NCBI GenBank assembly: GCA_028534125.1
Contig: CM052818.1
Coordinates: 35,590,001-35,654,000 of the forward strand
From: Lama glama
Lineage: Eukaryota
Reading direction: 5' to 3'
Length of the DNA stretch: 64,000 bases
The notes under the pieces are model-generated. The model did not search any database, was not told the origin of the DNA, and saw only the letters and a list, made by a program, of their open reading frames with translations. This document shows, piece after piece, positions 48,501 to 59,985 of this stretch (positions are counted from its first letter, which is position 1; each line of letters opens with the position of its first letter). The position numbers were made by a program, and so were the translations under genes.

Positions 48501-51500
48501 GTCGTGAACCCAACTTTCACAGAGCTGAGTGGCAGCAGTTTTCTCGAGGGGAAATGCTGCTAGCAGGCCCTTGTTGTTTTGCCACAGAAAATCAGTCCAC
48601 ATTCAATATTAGCAATTTTTTAATCTTTCTTGATCCTGGCCATTTTATATACTAGTGCTGGGGTTCACTTAAGGATAGTTTTTGCCTCAGCAGAGGATTG
48701 ACAGGGACCTCACTGGGCCTATTCTAGTGGGACAAGGTTGGAATCCTCCCTCCCCTCAACCCCAGCTTTCTATTTCAGATTGACTGTACCAAGCACCGCT
48801 GTGTGGATGAAAGTGAAGGGCGTCTTTGGGCTGAAAGCAGAGGATTCCTGTACTTTGAAACTTCTGCTCAAACTGGAGAAGGAATCAATGAGATGTTCCA
48901 GGTAACCTGGCTTTTTATTGTCTTAAAGAGTTCGTTATCAAGGCTGACCATACCAAATTTTAGTTTAAATTACGAGAAGCAAAAAATAGGAATTTCTCAT
49001 TAGAATGAACTCTTTCTTCTTCTCAGAAGCTGGTAAGAAAGAGAGAATGGGAGAAAGAGAGAGAGAATGAGTGTGTATGTTGTGTTTTATTTGTCTGCTA
49101 TTTTAGACCTGACCTGGCTGCTCATCAAAATTACCTGGGGAGGGTTGGGGGTGGGTATAGAGCACATGCTTAGCATGCACAAGTCCCCTGGGTTCAATCA
49201 CCAGTACTGCCATTAAAAAAAAAAAAAAAAAGAATTACCTGGGAATATTCTTGAAAAATCTCTATAGGTGATTCTGATGATCATCAAGTTTAACAACACA
49301 TATTATATACCTACTTAAATTGGACAAAGATTTTCCTTAAAACTACCTTTGGTTACATTTTTATACATTGTCAAATGAAAGCCATGCTTTGGCAAAATTG
49401 CCTTGCCATAGCTAATATAATCCTATGTCATAGCCCATGGGGGTGCATTTAGAGACCAGGAGGCTGTCATTGCAGCCAGCCAGTCATGCTAAAAGTTAGG
49501 TCTCACTAGTCAAGTAAGTAATTAATAGAAGGATGGACTCACATTGCAACCTGAATAGATGGCCACTTTTTAGGACTTACTTATCTTGAATAATTTTAAG
49601 GGGATGAGGCTACTTAAACAGCAAATTATAGTCAACTCTTAATTATAGATACATTTGGAAGTTAAGTGGTAGCATGAATAATGCATTTTTTTTCTTATGA
49701 ATATATCTGATATTTTGGGAATTTTTAGCATTTCAAATAATGTAGCTATACTAAAAAGAGTTGTTCTTAATTATCAAGTGGGATTTTATTTAATCTTTTA
49801 TGCTGAATTTTCTTCTCTCAAGATCTCACCCCTCCTACTAGAAGACAGGTTTCATCCTTGGCTGACAGGCTGAATTGGGCATCAGTAGTTTTTATTTCAA
49901 GACCAAATAAGGTTGATGTTGTTTTGCCACTTTTCTATCCTTTTGAGTATATAGACCTATGTGAGTTTGTACCTACTTATGTATAATAATGATACTTAAC
50001 CATTTGAACAATACTTCACAATTCTGGAGAAGTTTACCTGTTTCATCTCATTTGATACTTAACAATGTGTGGCAGATATCATTCTCATTTCAGATACAAG
50101 GACACCTAAGAATAGTAGCGATTTGTCCAAGAGGTATAAGTAACTGTTAGAAATTAAACTTCTTTCAGCACTTTAAAGATACGGCCCGTTCTCTCCTGGT
50201 CTCTGTTGTGTCTCATGAGATGTTAGCACCTGTTCTTACTCATTCCTTTACGTATAACGTGTCCATTCTTTTCCTCCACAGAGTTTCTCCTTATCTTTGG
50301 TTTCAGCAGTTGTGCTGTGTGCCTAGGTGTGCTTCTTTTATATTTATCATACTTGGGGTTTGTTGATTTCTGGATTGGTAGGCAAATGTTTTTCATTAAA
50401 TTTGGGAAGTTTTTAAAAATATGTATTTCTTACAATACTTTTCTTGGCCCTATTCTCACTCTCTTTTCCTTCTGGGGCTCCAATTACATATATATTAGAC
50501 CATTTGATTTCATCCCACAGCCCTTGAGGTTGTCTATTTTGCTTCCATTTTTTTCTCTGTTTTTCAGGTTGCATTGTCTTTAATGATCTGACTTCAGTCT
50601 GCTGTTAAATCTACCAAGTGAAGTTTTCAATTCATTTCTTTTCAGGTCTAGAATTTGCATTTGATGCTTTTGTGTAGTTTCCAGTTTTCTGCTGAGATTA
50701 TCTGTTTACTCATTTTGAACATATTTTTTCTTTATCTCTTTGAAATAGTTATAATAGCTGCTTGAAAGTCTTTGTCCAATATCTGAATGATCTTGGGTTC
50801 AGTTTCTATTGACCACTTTTTTCCCTGACATTCTCTTGTTTCTTTGTATGAGTAGTAATTTTTTATTTGATACCAAATATTGTAGATAATACATTGTAGA
50901 GACTCTAGATTTGTTTATTTTCCTCAGAAGAATGTTGATTCTTATTTCAGCAAGCAGTTCAGTTATTGGCAGATTACACTGAACTTGTGTGGTCTTGACT
51001 TTTTGCTTTATTAGCAAGGACCTGAAGGAAGACCAAAGCGTTTCCCAAGCACTTCTGATTTGTCAGGACCTAGCCTCCAAATTCTGTTCGTCTTGCAGAT
51101 CTTGTCAGTTCTTGGTTTTAGGTTTTGTTAGGATGAGTCTAACTCCTAAGACATAGCTTTTCTGTGGTGTCTCAGCTAAATGCTAGAGGTATTAATAAGG
51201 CTTTAAGGCAATCTCTCTACTCTGGCAAGGCCAAACTCTAGCGTCCTCAGGACAGCTCTTTCCCTAGCACCAGTAGTTAGTTCTCTTCTCAGCCCCTTAG
51301 TAGCTGTTATCTGGTAAGCCTCAGGTGATCTCACCATATGTATATATAGCCTAGCTCTCAGCTACAAACTGTTAGGGACCCCACATGGACTTCTGGGGCC
51401 CAACTCTGTACACCTCCCTCCTATCCAATGCCCTGCTCTGCAGATTCAAGCCACTTCAGCATCCTCAAGCTCTGGTCTCTGCCTTCTTAGCTCGGTGGGA

Positions 51501-54500
51501 TTTTGTGTCTGCTCAGACTCCAGCTCTCTGACATGGTCAGGAAGTGAACTCCAGGTAGAAACCCAGGAACAGTCTTGCACATGCTATTTGGCCACCTCCT
51601 GAAAATAGTTGCCTCATCTGTTGGTCCACTTTTATGGTAGTTTATGGCAGGAGGTCCAGTCCAGTACCCATTACTCCAACATGGCTGGAACTTAGACAAG
51701 GAATTTAAACAGACTTTTGACTTTAATTCTAGTATTCTCTATATCACACCACAGCTGGTCTGTAACATTATGTGTTATGAATAAATGCTTGTGCCCTCAG
51801 AAATCTGTGAGTGTTTATATTTTAGTCTGACTTATAAACTGGAAGAAAATCTTACTGATACGTAGTAAAAGCAAACATTTGTGCACTGTGATCCCTTTTA
51901 GATTGCTTTACTTAGAAGTAGTGCTTTCCTGCTGGTTAAATTTAATAAATACTTTCTTTGTTTCCTGTATACTTAATAGACACTTTACGTCAGGAAGGAA
52001 CTTGGTTTTATCTTACGCTGTTAGAACAGAGTAGTATTAAGATAGACTTAAACTAAGTTAATACTTGTCTTGGTATCTGGTGTGACACTCCTTCTCACGG
52101 GTCCGGGCTTCTTGTTTAGGTTGCCAAGTCGATTAACTGTTACTGGAGATAAGAAAGAGGAGTCAAAGAGAAAGATTAAAAATGTAATGATAGTAGGAGC
52201 TATCTGGAAAAAAAAGAGGAAGAAATTTAAAAAGAAGTGACGGGAAGAGGAGATTAGTCAGTTTAAAAGCAGCCATAGTGTATTAAATTAGTATTTCGAG
52301 TGAAGTTATTCAGCAGAAGTAACAATGCACAGAGCGTGAATTATGAGCAGGATGAAAAAATAGTTTGCACTTTGAGAAACATGAAAATAGGAAAAGAAGC
52401 TCACAGCAAAAAAAAAATGTGACAATGAATATATGTATGTTTATGTATAACTGAAAAATTGTGCTCTACACTGGAATTTGACACAACGTTGTAAAATGAC
52501 TATAACTCAATTAAAAAATGTTTAAAAAATAGGAAAAGAATATGAACAGTTTACAGAAAATGAAAAGATGGATGAACGTATGAAAAGATACTCAATTTTG
52601 CTTAATTAAAGATATGCAGATAAAAACTATGAAATACACATCAGGCTGGCAAAAGTGAAGATGTATGGTAATGCCCAGTGTGGACCAGGGTGTGGGGAGT
52701 AGGCACTATGGAAGTATAAACTGGTGCGGCCTTTTTGTATGAAAGTTGTCAAAATCAAAAAGTAAAATGCACATACACTTTCATTCAGTAATCCTTGTTT
52801 TAGGGATTTATCCTAAAGCAGTATCCCCACAAGCATGTAGAGATATACAAACACACACACACACAGACAAATATTCACTAAAGCACTATTTGTAGCAAAA
52901 CACTAGAAACAATTGACCAGTCCAAGAATAGGGAGTTGGTTACATAAATTATGGTACAGTCACACAGTAGAATACTGAACAGTCGTCAAAAAGGAGGAAG
53001 AAAGTGTATGCTGCGAGAGAAAGATTTCAGGATTTATTATTAAGTGAAAAAAACGCAAGGCGCTACGCAGCCCTCTTTTCTTCTGTGTATATATATTTTT
53101 TATTGAAGTTAGTCAGTTCACAGTGTTGTCTCAATAAACAGCCCTCTTTTATGTAAATGTTTAGTGTTTGGATGTGTGTAAATACTGGTGTGCTGATGGA
53201 ATGGTTCTGGAAGGATACTCAAAAAATATTAACAGTGGTTACCCCGAGGAGAGGAGCTTGAGGGTAGGGAGACGGTTTTCGTTTTACACTTTTCCTTACT
53301 GTTTGAATTTTTCTAACAATATTCGTGTACTAATTGTTAATTTCAAGTGTGATTATCTGAGAGTAAGATTATGAGCCATTTAAATTTTATTCCTTATACT
53401 TTTTGTGTGCTTAAATATATATGCATATATATAGTATAAAGGAAAAAATCTTCCAAAGTACATACTTGCTTTATTGTGAATATTGAGTTACTGGAACGTA
53501 TTAAAACTCTTTAAGTTGATGCTTAAAAGAAATTTCTCTCTTCACAAAATCAGTTCTCTTCTGGAGTGTGTTTTCTTTTTGCAGACCTTTTATGTATCCA
53601 TAGTTGATTTATGTGAAAATGGCGGGAAACGTCCCATCACAAATAGCAGTGCTAGTTTCACCAAAGAACAAGCAGACACCATTCGCAGAATTCGAAATAG
53701 TAAAGATAGTTGGGACATGTTGGGAGTCAAACCTGGGGCCTCAAGGTAAGCAGTGTTCTCAGACATCAGTCCTGTTCTGTCGCAGAGAGACTCAGCCGTC
53801 AGAATTACAGTGCAATATCATCTTGTAATTGGCTAGGCATATGAAGATGTGTGGAAATGTATGACATGACTTTCTAATGCTCTGTCACTGAATTAAGTGA
53901 ATACCAAAGAAAGAAAATAGAGGGCACAGTTGCCTGATATGGGAACTATGTAGTGTGTATATGTGTGTGTGTGTGTGTACACACGCACATACTTTCTGAA
54001 ATGGTATGCTCTGCTTTTGTTGAATAAGAGCTTTGAAGGTAATGTAACCTTAAAAAAACACTTACAAATAGAATTCTTAAATCATAGACTTTCAGAGAAT
54101 GAAAGAATATTAGCAATCTACTGGTCCAAAAGTTTCATTTCATAGAGGGGAAAGTTGGAACTCAGTGAGAGTAAACACACATTCAGGGACCCCAGGAGTT
54201 AGTTGTAGAATTGATTCTTGACCCTGAAAACTGTGTGTCTGCTCGCCTCTGCCTCTGTCAAAAATCCTGCTAGTCCCTTGTCTGTGTGTATGTATGTTAA
54301 ATTACTTCATTTTAGCCAAAAGAATTATTTAGGAGAAAAAGAAATACAATCACTATTCTTTGTTGCTTGTGCAAGAATAAATCATTCGGTATGGTTATAT
54401 AACTTTTTTTCAGTTTTATTGAAATATAATTGACATACATACCAGGACTGTGTAAATTTAAGGTGTACAGCATAATGAATTTGACTTAACATATATTGTG

Positions 54501-56248
54501 AAACAATTACCACAGTAAGTTTAGTTAACATCCATCATCTCATATAGATACAAAAGAAAAGAAAACAACATGTTTTTTTCCTTGTGATTAGAACTCTTGG
54601 AGTCTACTCTCATAACTTTTGATCATTATGTAACTTTTAATGCTCTAATACTGCTGTTACTGTGCATGTTATTAAAGTTCTCAGATCTTTTTGTTTTATA
54701 CTACTGCTTTTCTCTCCATGCTTGTCACTTTCTACTTTTTCACCTTGATTCCCACGGAAGAAAACAGTACGTCTTGAAATTGCCTTGTCAACATCAGCAG
54801 CATTACATACCTCTTCTCCATTTTGGTTTCATAGCACATGTTCAAGTCCAGAAGGAAAGAGGTGGGGGAAAGAGGAAGACAGTTGTTGGTCAGCCTTGAC
54901 TTGCCAGGCATTACTGAGGATGCTTCAAATATCTGAAGGAATGCAGATGACCTCATGTATATAGCACAAAGTTAACTGATGTCTTTTAAATGTCCTTTTA
55001 GACTTCCATAGTCTCATTCTAAATACTTCCACTTAATCTCCAAGAGATATTGGCTCTAAAACTAGTGAACTATTACTTATTAACTTAGAACAATGTTTAT
55101 TAGGGAAAAAGAAAGCTTTGGTTCCATATTTATTCACTGTGGTTAATTGGAATCTACCAAAATTTGCAGGACACCCATAATTTTCATACCCTTAACCAAT
55201 ATAAACATGTACTTTGCTTACCTTTATTCCNNNNNNNNNNNNNNNNNNNNNNNNNNNNNNNNNNNNNNNNNNNNNNNNNNNNNNNNNNNNNNNNNNNNNN
55301 NNNNNNNNNNNNNNNNNNNNNNNNNNNNNNNNNNNNNNNNNNNNNNNNNNNNNNNNNNNNNNNNNNNNNNNNNNNNNNNNNNNNNNNNNNNNNNNNNNNN
55401 NNNNNNNNNNNNNNNNNNNNNNNNNNNNNNNNNNNNNNNNNNNNNNNNNNNNNNNNNNNNNNNNNNNNNNNNNNNNNNNNNNNNNNNNNNNNNNNNNNNN
55501 NNNNNNNNNNNNNNNNNNNNNNNNNNNNNNNNNNNNNNNNNNNNNNNNNNNNNNNNNNNNNNNNNNNNNNNNNNNNNNNNNNNNNNNNNNNNNNNNNNNN
55601 NNNNNNNNNNNNNNNNNNNNNNNNNNNNNNNNNNNNNNNNNNNNNNNNNNNNNNNNNNNNNNNNNNNNNNNNNNNNNNNNNNNNNNNNNNNNNNNNNNNN
55701 NNNNNNNNNNNNNNNNNNNNNNNNNNNNNNAATCCCCGAACCCCACCTTCTTCCAGAAGCCTCCTCCTCCAGGGGGCCTGCCCTGATGGCCCCCGTCCCC
55801 ATTGCTTCAGTCAGCAGAGCTTCTCTGAGTGCCTGTTAGATGCCAAGTACTGTCTGTTTTCATCTGATCACGTTTTTACCAAGTGCTTTCTTCATGTTTG
55901 TATACTCACTTTGCATTATATATTTTTCTACTTGTATGTTACATATTAGTTGTTCATTGTTTGCTTCCTGGTCCTTTAGTCCCACCTTTGAGAAAGGGTG
56001 ACAATTATTGGGGATACACTTACTGCAAGAGATGTCATCCAGACATCTAAAATGCAGTGGATGGAGGGTGGGGGCGGACCCGGTTACTGACACAGAGCTT
56101 TGCTTGTTTCCGTAGGGACGAAGTCAATAAGGCATATCGGAAGCTTGCTGTGCTGCTTCACCCTGACAAGTGTGTGGCGCCCGGGAGTGAAGATGCCTTC
56201 AAAGCCGTTGTGAATGCCCGAACAGCCCTCCTGAAAAACATCAAGTAG
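36510..56248 (+). CDS. DNAJC27: DNAJC27 (RBJ), Rab-like small GTPase plus J-domain; spliced CDS of exons 2-7, 5' partial (exon 1 missing)
   Basis: Six GT-AG exons (83+70+165+123+161+133 = 735 nt) join in frame: SCIIKRYCEKRFVSKYLATIGIDYGVTKVQVRDREIKVNIFDMAGHPFFYEVRNEFYKDTQGVILVYDV...CANKIDC...FETSAQTGEG...LLHPDKC...LLKNIK*. GTPase G2-G5 motifs and the J-domain HPD are present. Matches mammalian DNAJC27 as I recall it. Confidence 0.98.
37193..37336. repeat. Perfect 70 bp tandem duplication (2 copies plus AGAT) within an L2 3' end
   Basis: 37193-37262 is identical to 37263-37332. Confidence 0.95.
37561..37909 (+). mobile_element. MER2/MER2B (TcMar-Tigger) DNA transposon
   Basis: TIRs cagtcatccctcactatcca / tggatacagaggactgactg; TA target duplication at 37559-37560 and 37910-37911. 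Confidence 0.88.
38385..38555. mobile_element. MER5-like hAT-Charlie MITE
   Basis: gagattctgattcacagggcctgaggtggggcacagga motif. Confidence 0.65.
40182..40251 (+). CDS. DNAJC27: DNAJC27 coding exon 3 (70 nt)
   Basis: atttcag|GGTACAAGTC...TATGAG|gtaaga; encodes VQVRDREIKVNIFDMAGHPFFYE (G3 box). Phase matches exon 2. Confidence 0.96.
40780..43740 (-). mobile_element. Old L1 5' half (ORF1 remnants and ORF2 endonuclease domain)
   Basis: Minus ORFs: GNFNNPLSAIDR...HPTIAEYTFFSSAH...SDHKGIKLEI (endonuclease); KEKIMKAARGKK and FQITAYFSSETM (ORF1). Confidence 0.88.
45680..46790 (-). mobile_element. L2 LINE fragments
   Basis: Degenerate L2 motifs (gcagtagggaagcactaaagaatttttgagc; ccaggctttcagcctgaatgact). 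Confidence 0.6.
47240..47462 (-). mobile_element. MIR SINE (near full length)
   Basis: ccccattttacagatgaggaaactgagatgcagagaggttaagtgacttgcccaagatcacac. Confidence 0.9.
47987..48151 (+). CDS. DNAJC27: DNAJC27 coding exon 4 (165 nt)
   Basis: atgtaaag|GTTCGTAAT...AACAAG|gtaatt; encodes VRNEFYKDTQGVILVYDVGQKDSFEALDAWLAEMKQDLGPHGNMENIVFAVCANK. Confidence 0.96.
48779..48901 (+). CDS. DNAJC27: DNAJC27 coding exon 5 (123 nt)
   Basis: tatttcag|ATTGACTGT...TTCCAG|gtaacc; encodes IDCTKHRCVDESEGRLWAESRGFLYFETSAQTGEGINEMFQ (G5 ETSA). Confidence 0.97.
49140..49232 (+). mobile_element. Vic-1 type SINE with A-box deletion, inserted into a MER5-like element
   Basis: gggtatag^agcacatgcttagcatgcac...ggttcaatcaccagtactgcca plus A17; TSD aattacctggg at 49129-49139 and 49233-49243. 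Confidence 0.85.
50160..51690 (-). mobile_element. Old L1M 5' region (ORF1 and 5'UTR remnants)
   Basis: Typical antisense L1M ORF1 motifs (ttcagcactttaaagata; tttttcattaaatttgggaagttt). Confidence 0.7.
52399..52525 (+). mobile_element. Short 5'-truncated L1 3' end with 15 bp TSD, inside an older L1ME
   Basis: TSD aaaataggaaaagaa at 52384-52398 and 52526-52540. Confidence 0.8.
52541..53420 (+). mobile_element. Old L1ME-like 3' fragment
   Basis: Degenerate ORF2-end and 3'UTR motifs. Confidence 0.65.
53585..53745 (+). CDS. DNAJC27: DNAJC27 coding exon 6 (161 nt)
   Basis: ttttgcag|ACCTTTTAT...TCAAG|gtaagc; encodes TFYVSIVDLCENGGKRPITNSSASFTKEQADTIRRIRNSKDSWDMLGVKPGAS(R). Confidence 0.97.
54402..54612 (-). 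mobile_element. L1MA-like 3' end
   Basis: cagttttattgaaatataattgacata...aaggtgtacagcataatga. Confidence 0.75.
55231..55730. other. Assembly gap (500 N) in DNAJC27 intron 6
   Basis: Run of exactly 500 N. Confidence 1.
56116..56248 (+). CDS. DNAJC27: DNAJC27 terminal coding exon 7 (J-domain HPD, stop TAG)
   Basis: tttccgtag|GGACGAAGTC...AAGTAG; encodes DEVNKAYRKLAVLLHPDKCVAPGSEDAFKAVVNARTALLKNIK*. Confidence 0.97.
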
Positions 56249-59200
56249 AAAGTAGAAAAAAAGACAAGTGTGGGCCTCGAATCCAAACAGACTTTCCCTA
56301 GAGGTAAAGTAGCCAACATGGGTTTTCCCTGACAACATGTGACTGCTCTTTTCACTCATGTGCTGTCATTTGTAAATCAGTAATTCAGGTGCCTGTTACC
56401 ATGTCATAGACATTTTGCAGAGAGACGAAGTGAAGAGGACGACCTGGGATTTTTTTCCCATGCGTTTGTAAGCTCCATCAGTGTAGCATCCCTTAGGCAC
56501 TTCGCTCAGGAATGTCTGTGAGGTTTCTGGAAGGAGGACTCTTACTTTTTCTTTAGTTTTCTTTCTTTCTTTTTTTTTTTTAAATTCATCATCAGAGAAG
56601 AAACAAAAATGGAAGAGACAATATCAGAATCCCTGAAGGTGTGGCGTGATCTCACAAGCAGGTTCCTCCTTTTACAGTGAGTTCCTTAGGGGGTATTTTA
56701 AGCATCAGTCTGTAATTAATGAACTTTTGGCAGTCCCCTGAAAGTGAAAAGAGGTGATAACAGTTCTGAGCTGAGCAGCCCTTTTATTTGCTCTGTTCCC
56801 CTCCTCCAACCACCAGGGGGAGGGACAAGCCAGTCCTGAGAGAGCAAAGGCGGCGGCTGCAGCAGGTTCTGAGTACACCCTGGGTGGAGGCCTTTTCTTG
56901 GCCGTGGAAATGGGTGCTGGTAGTTGTAGGGAGCATGGTCACCTAGAAGTCAGGAATCAGAGCCCCAGACAGAAGTGCCTGCAGGTCACACTACGTTGTT
57001 CACACCCCCCAGAGGGCACGGCCGGGCTGTCTCGGGCATGTCTGATATCCTAGGAGAGCCCCCATAGGGGGCTTATGCCTCTTCTTGTTTCTGCATCATT
57101 TGCCAAAACAGGTGGGAAAGGCAGGGGTGCTTCTCAACAAGCTGGGCCTCCTCTTCACTTCCTCCCCAGTATTAGTTGCCTCTTTCTTCCCTCTTCTCTT
57201 CCTGTCTTGTTTTTGATATCACCACACCTGCCATCATTTCTCTCTTCTTGAATCCCTGGCTTCTGGCTGCTGCCCCCTCCATCCCCCGACGCAGCCTTGA
57301 CCTGGGCCTGGTTGACCAGAGACAAGTGTGGATCCTTTGGATGATGGACAGAGAGACCGTAAGGCTGTGTGGGAGGAATCTGTTTCTTCTGCTTGGGTTC
57401 CAAATTTCTGATTAGTAATATTTTAAGCTACAGATTATGAAAATTGATTTTACATAGAGAAATACATTCTCTTGCCATAGTGTCTTCCTCAGTATCCAAG
57501 GGATGGATGAAGATCAGGTGTTAGGACCAGCCTTTCTTCCAGAGCTTACAGAACCAGTCTCACTGCGGGGCTCATGACCCTGTCACTCTCATGTCACTGC
57601 TCGGATTTTTAGCTGTGACCACCCTGCACTGATGGCGCTTTAAAGTATATAAAACATTACTATCTGTGAATTTTAAACAGCTGTCCCATACTGAAGTAGC
57701 ATTCCCCTTACAACCTGAGAAGAAAAACCACTTTTATTTAATTCAAGGCCCTGAAATCTTCCAGAATCTTTCTCTTTCCAAAGCAGCTTTCTTTTTGTGT
57801 GACTGCACTTGGGCTGCATTGAGCTTGCTGTTAGGAAACTAAAACATTGTTTTCTAGCATGAGTTTTCAAATTGGTGATATTGAAAATTTTTTTTTTAAT
57901 AAATTGAGATACGAGATATGATTTCTTGTGGGATTTTCCTCTGGCCTTTTCATTTTAACTAACTCCTGGGCCTACAGAACTCCAGCCCAAAGTTCTTTGG
58001 GACCTAAACTTTACTTAAGGCCTTTATCATATGTAAAGTAATTAAACATAGATTTATTCTTGCAACAGAACTTAGGAGTCATATGAATGAGGAAGGTTTA
58101 TGGTGATGTCAGCACAAACTGATATGACAGCTCACTGAGTATGTGGTCCTGTATAAGAACTCGTGCCAGTTTTCATTATTGGCATTAAGTACTAGATTTG
58201 TCACATCATTCACCTCCATTGTGCAGATAAGCAGTTATAGCAGAGAGTTCTTCAGTGCTTCCACTCATATCCTTACATTATGAGTGACTGGTTGAAATTC
58301 AGCCTGATCTTGATTCTTAGGTCTTGGGACTCAGTTCCCAACATCTTGATTATTAATATGAAGGATACTACTTTATTTATGTAAAGGAAAGACAAGAAGA
58401 AAGTTAAACTTCAGGGTCCTAGAATTTTTCTGATTTTCATCATCTTTGAGTAGAATATTAAGAGACAATGAAGCATGATCTTCAATGAATAGTTTTTTTT
58501 GGTTCTAACTTTATACAAAATTTTATAGACCTCTATGCATTAATTTAAATTCTTGGTGCAAATATATACTTTGTAGTTCAACATAATTAAAATTCCTCAG
58601 CCAGTTAGGATTTCACAGTACATCAGTGAGAGTAACAGCCAGCAGAATAATTTCAATGGCTAAAAAAAAAAAATTTATAGAGACTATATAGAGAATCTTT
58701 TGTTTTTCAAAAAAGAATAAAAAGTTTGAATAGCTATTATTAAAGAAAAGCTGTTTCTTCTGCATCTGAGTCACCAAGATTTAGCACTTTTAAAACTTGT
58801 TAGAAATCCCTGGAGGCTTTTGAAATTAATCGTCCAACCTACCTAAGAACTTTAAAAGACATCCTCCTTTTGTTCCTCTGTTCCCTTTTCATGCCTCCTT
58901 TTGAATTTATATTCTCAACTGTCAACATTTCTTTTACTTCAGCATTGGCATTTTATTTCTTCATATAAGTACATTCTTGGTTTTTTTAACTTCGAAGTCC
59001 AGACTTGGGCATGCTATGCTGCTACAAGGTAAATTGCTATAATTCTGTAGATTGCACACTGTTCTTCAAGGCTCACATTTACCTCAGGACACTCACTCTA
59101 GTATGTTCTTTTGCATTGAATTCTCAACTGGTAAATATTTCTTTATATTGATAAACTAGTACCTAACTCACTGTTAGAAGTGAGCCATAGATAAGGCAGC

Positions 59201-59985
59201 TAAATTTCCGAAAGAAAGCCAGGAGCGAGTGAGCAGACCCTGTAAGCTCTGAATCTGTGATGAAGTAGCCATTCCTCATTAAACAGTGACAGAGTCTTAA
59301 AGGGAGGGAGGAGTTTCGGTCTCCAGCAGGAAAGGGTGGAGCCGTGTGCCCGTTGCCTTTGACAGGGACAGTGCCCACCCTAAGAGCCCAATTTCAGTGG
59401 GCGCCAGAAGGTCACTCCCTTCTCATACCACACTCCGTCTAGCTCACTAGGAGTCCGCCAATGTTTTTGTCCAACTTTTGAAAAGGAATTTAGCCACAAA
59501 TTACAGCCAACCACTTTTCATTGCAAGTTCTGCAAAGTGAGGAGAGGCTCCTATTTCTCATGATTGGTATTTAGCACAATTGTAAGAGACAGTTGATACG
59601 CTGTTTGTGGATTGGTTTTTCCATTAAACATTTCTAGAGAAAGTGAAAGCGTAAACTTGCGGTGTGAATAAGTTAGAGTGTGTCTGACAGCAGTGCCCTC
59701 TGAAGCTGAGCCATAAAGGCCGTGTTGGTGAAATGACTCGTTGGAAAGCCGGCTGGTGTGGGTTAGCTTCCTGCAGCGATTGCCCACGGGCTGTCTTCCC
59801 TCAGACCTGGAATGCAGAATCTCTAAAGAAACGCTTTGCTCTTACGAGGTAATTTACATATTTGCTTTCTGTTGAAATAACGGAAAATGTTAAATCTAAC
59901 AGTTATTTATGTCTTGTATAGAGAGTGTCATATGTATTTAAGTTGTGTATTTTTATAAAGTAAAGCCAAATACATAACACTGGTC
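56249..59985 (+). other. DNAJC27: Probable long DNAJC27 3'UTR
   Basis: Repeat-poor unique sequence after the stop codon. It ends in a UGUA/U-rich block with variant poly(A) hexamers followed by GU-rich sequence. The end point is inferred. Confidence 0.6.
59954..59964 (+). terminator. Candidate distal polyadenylation signal (TATAAA overlapping AGTAAA)
   Basis: tttTATAAAGTAAAgccaaatacataaca, with three upstream TGTA motifs (about 59916-59949) and downstream tggtctgtgg. Confidence 0.5.

Noticed and set aside
57056..57074. 3'UTR hairpin AGCCCCC-ATA-GGGGGCT as a Roquin/CDE element
   Set aside because: The loop is purine-pyrimidine-purine rather than the Py-Pu-Py triloop, and a 7 bp stem is expected by chance.
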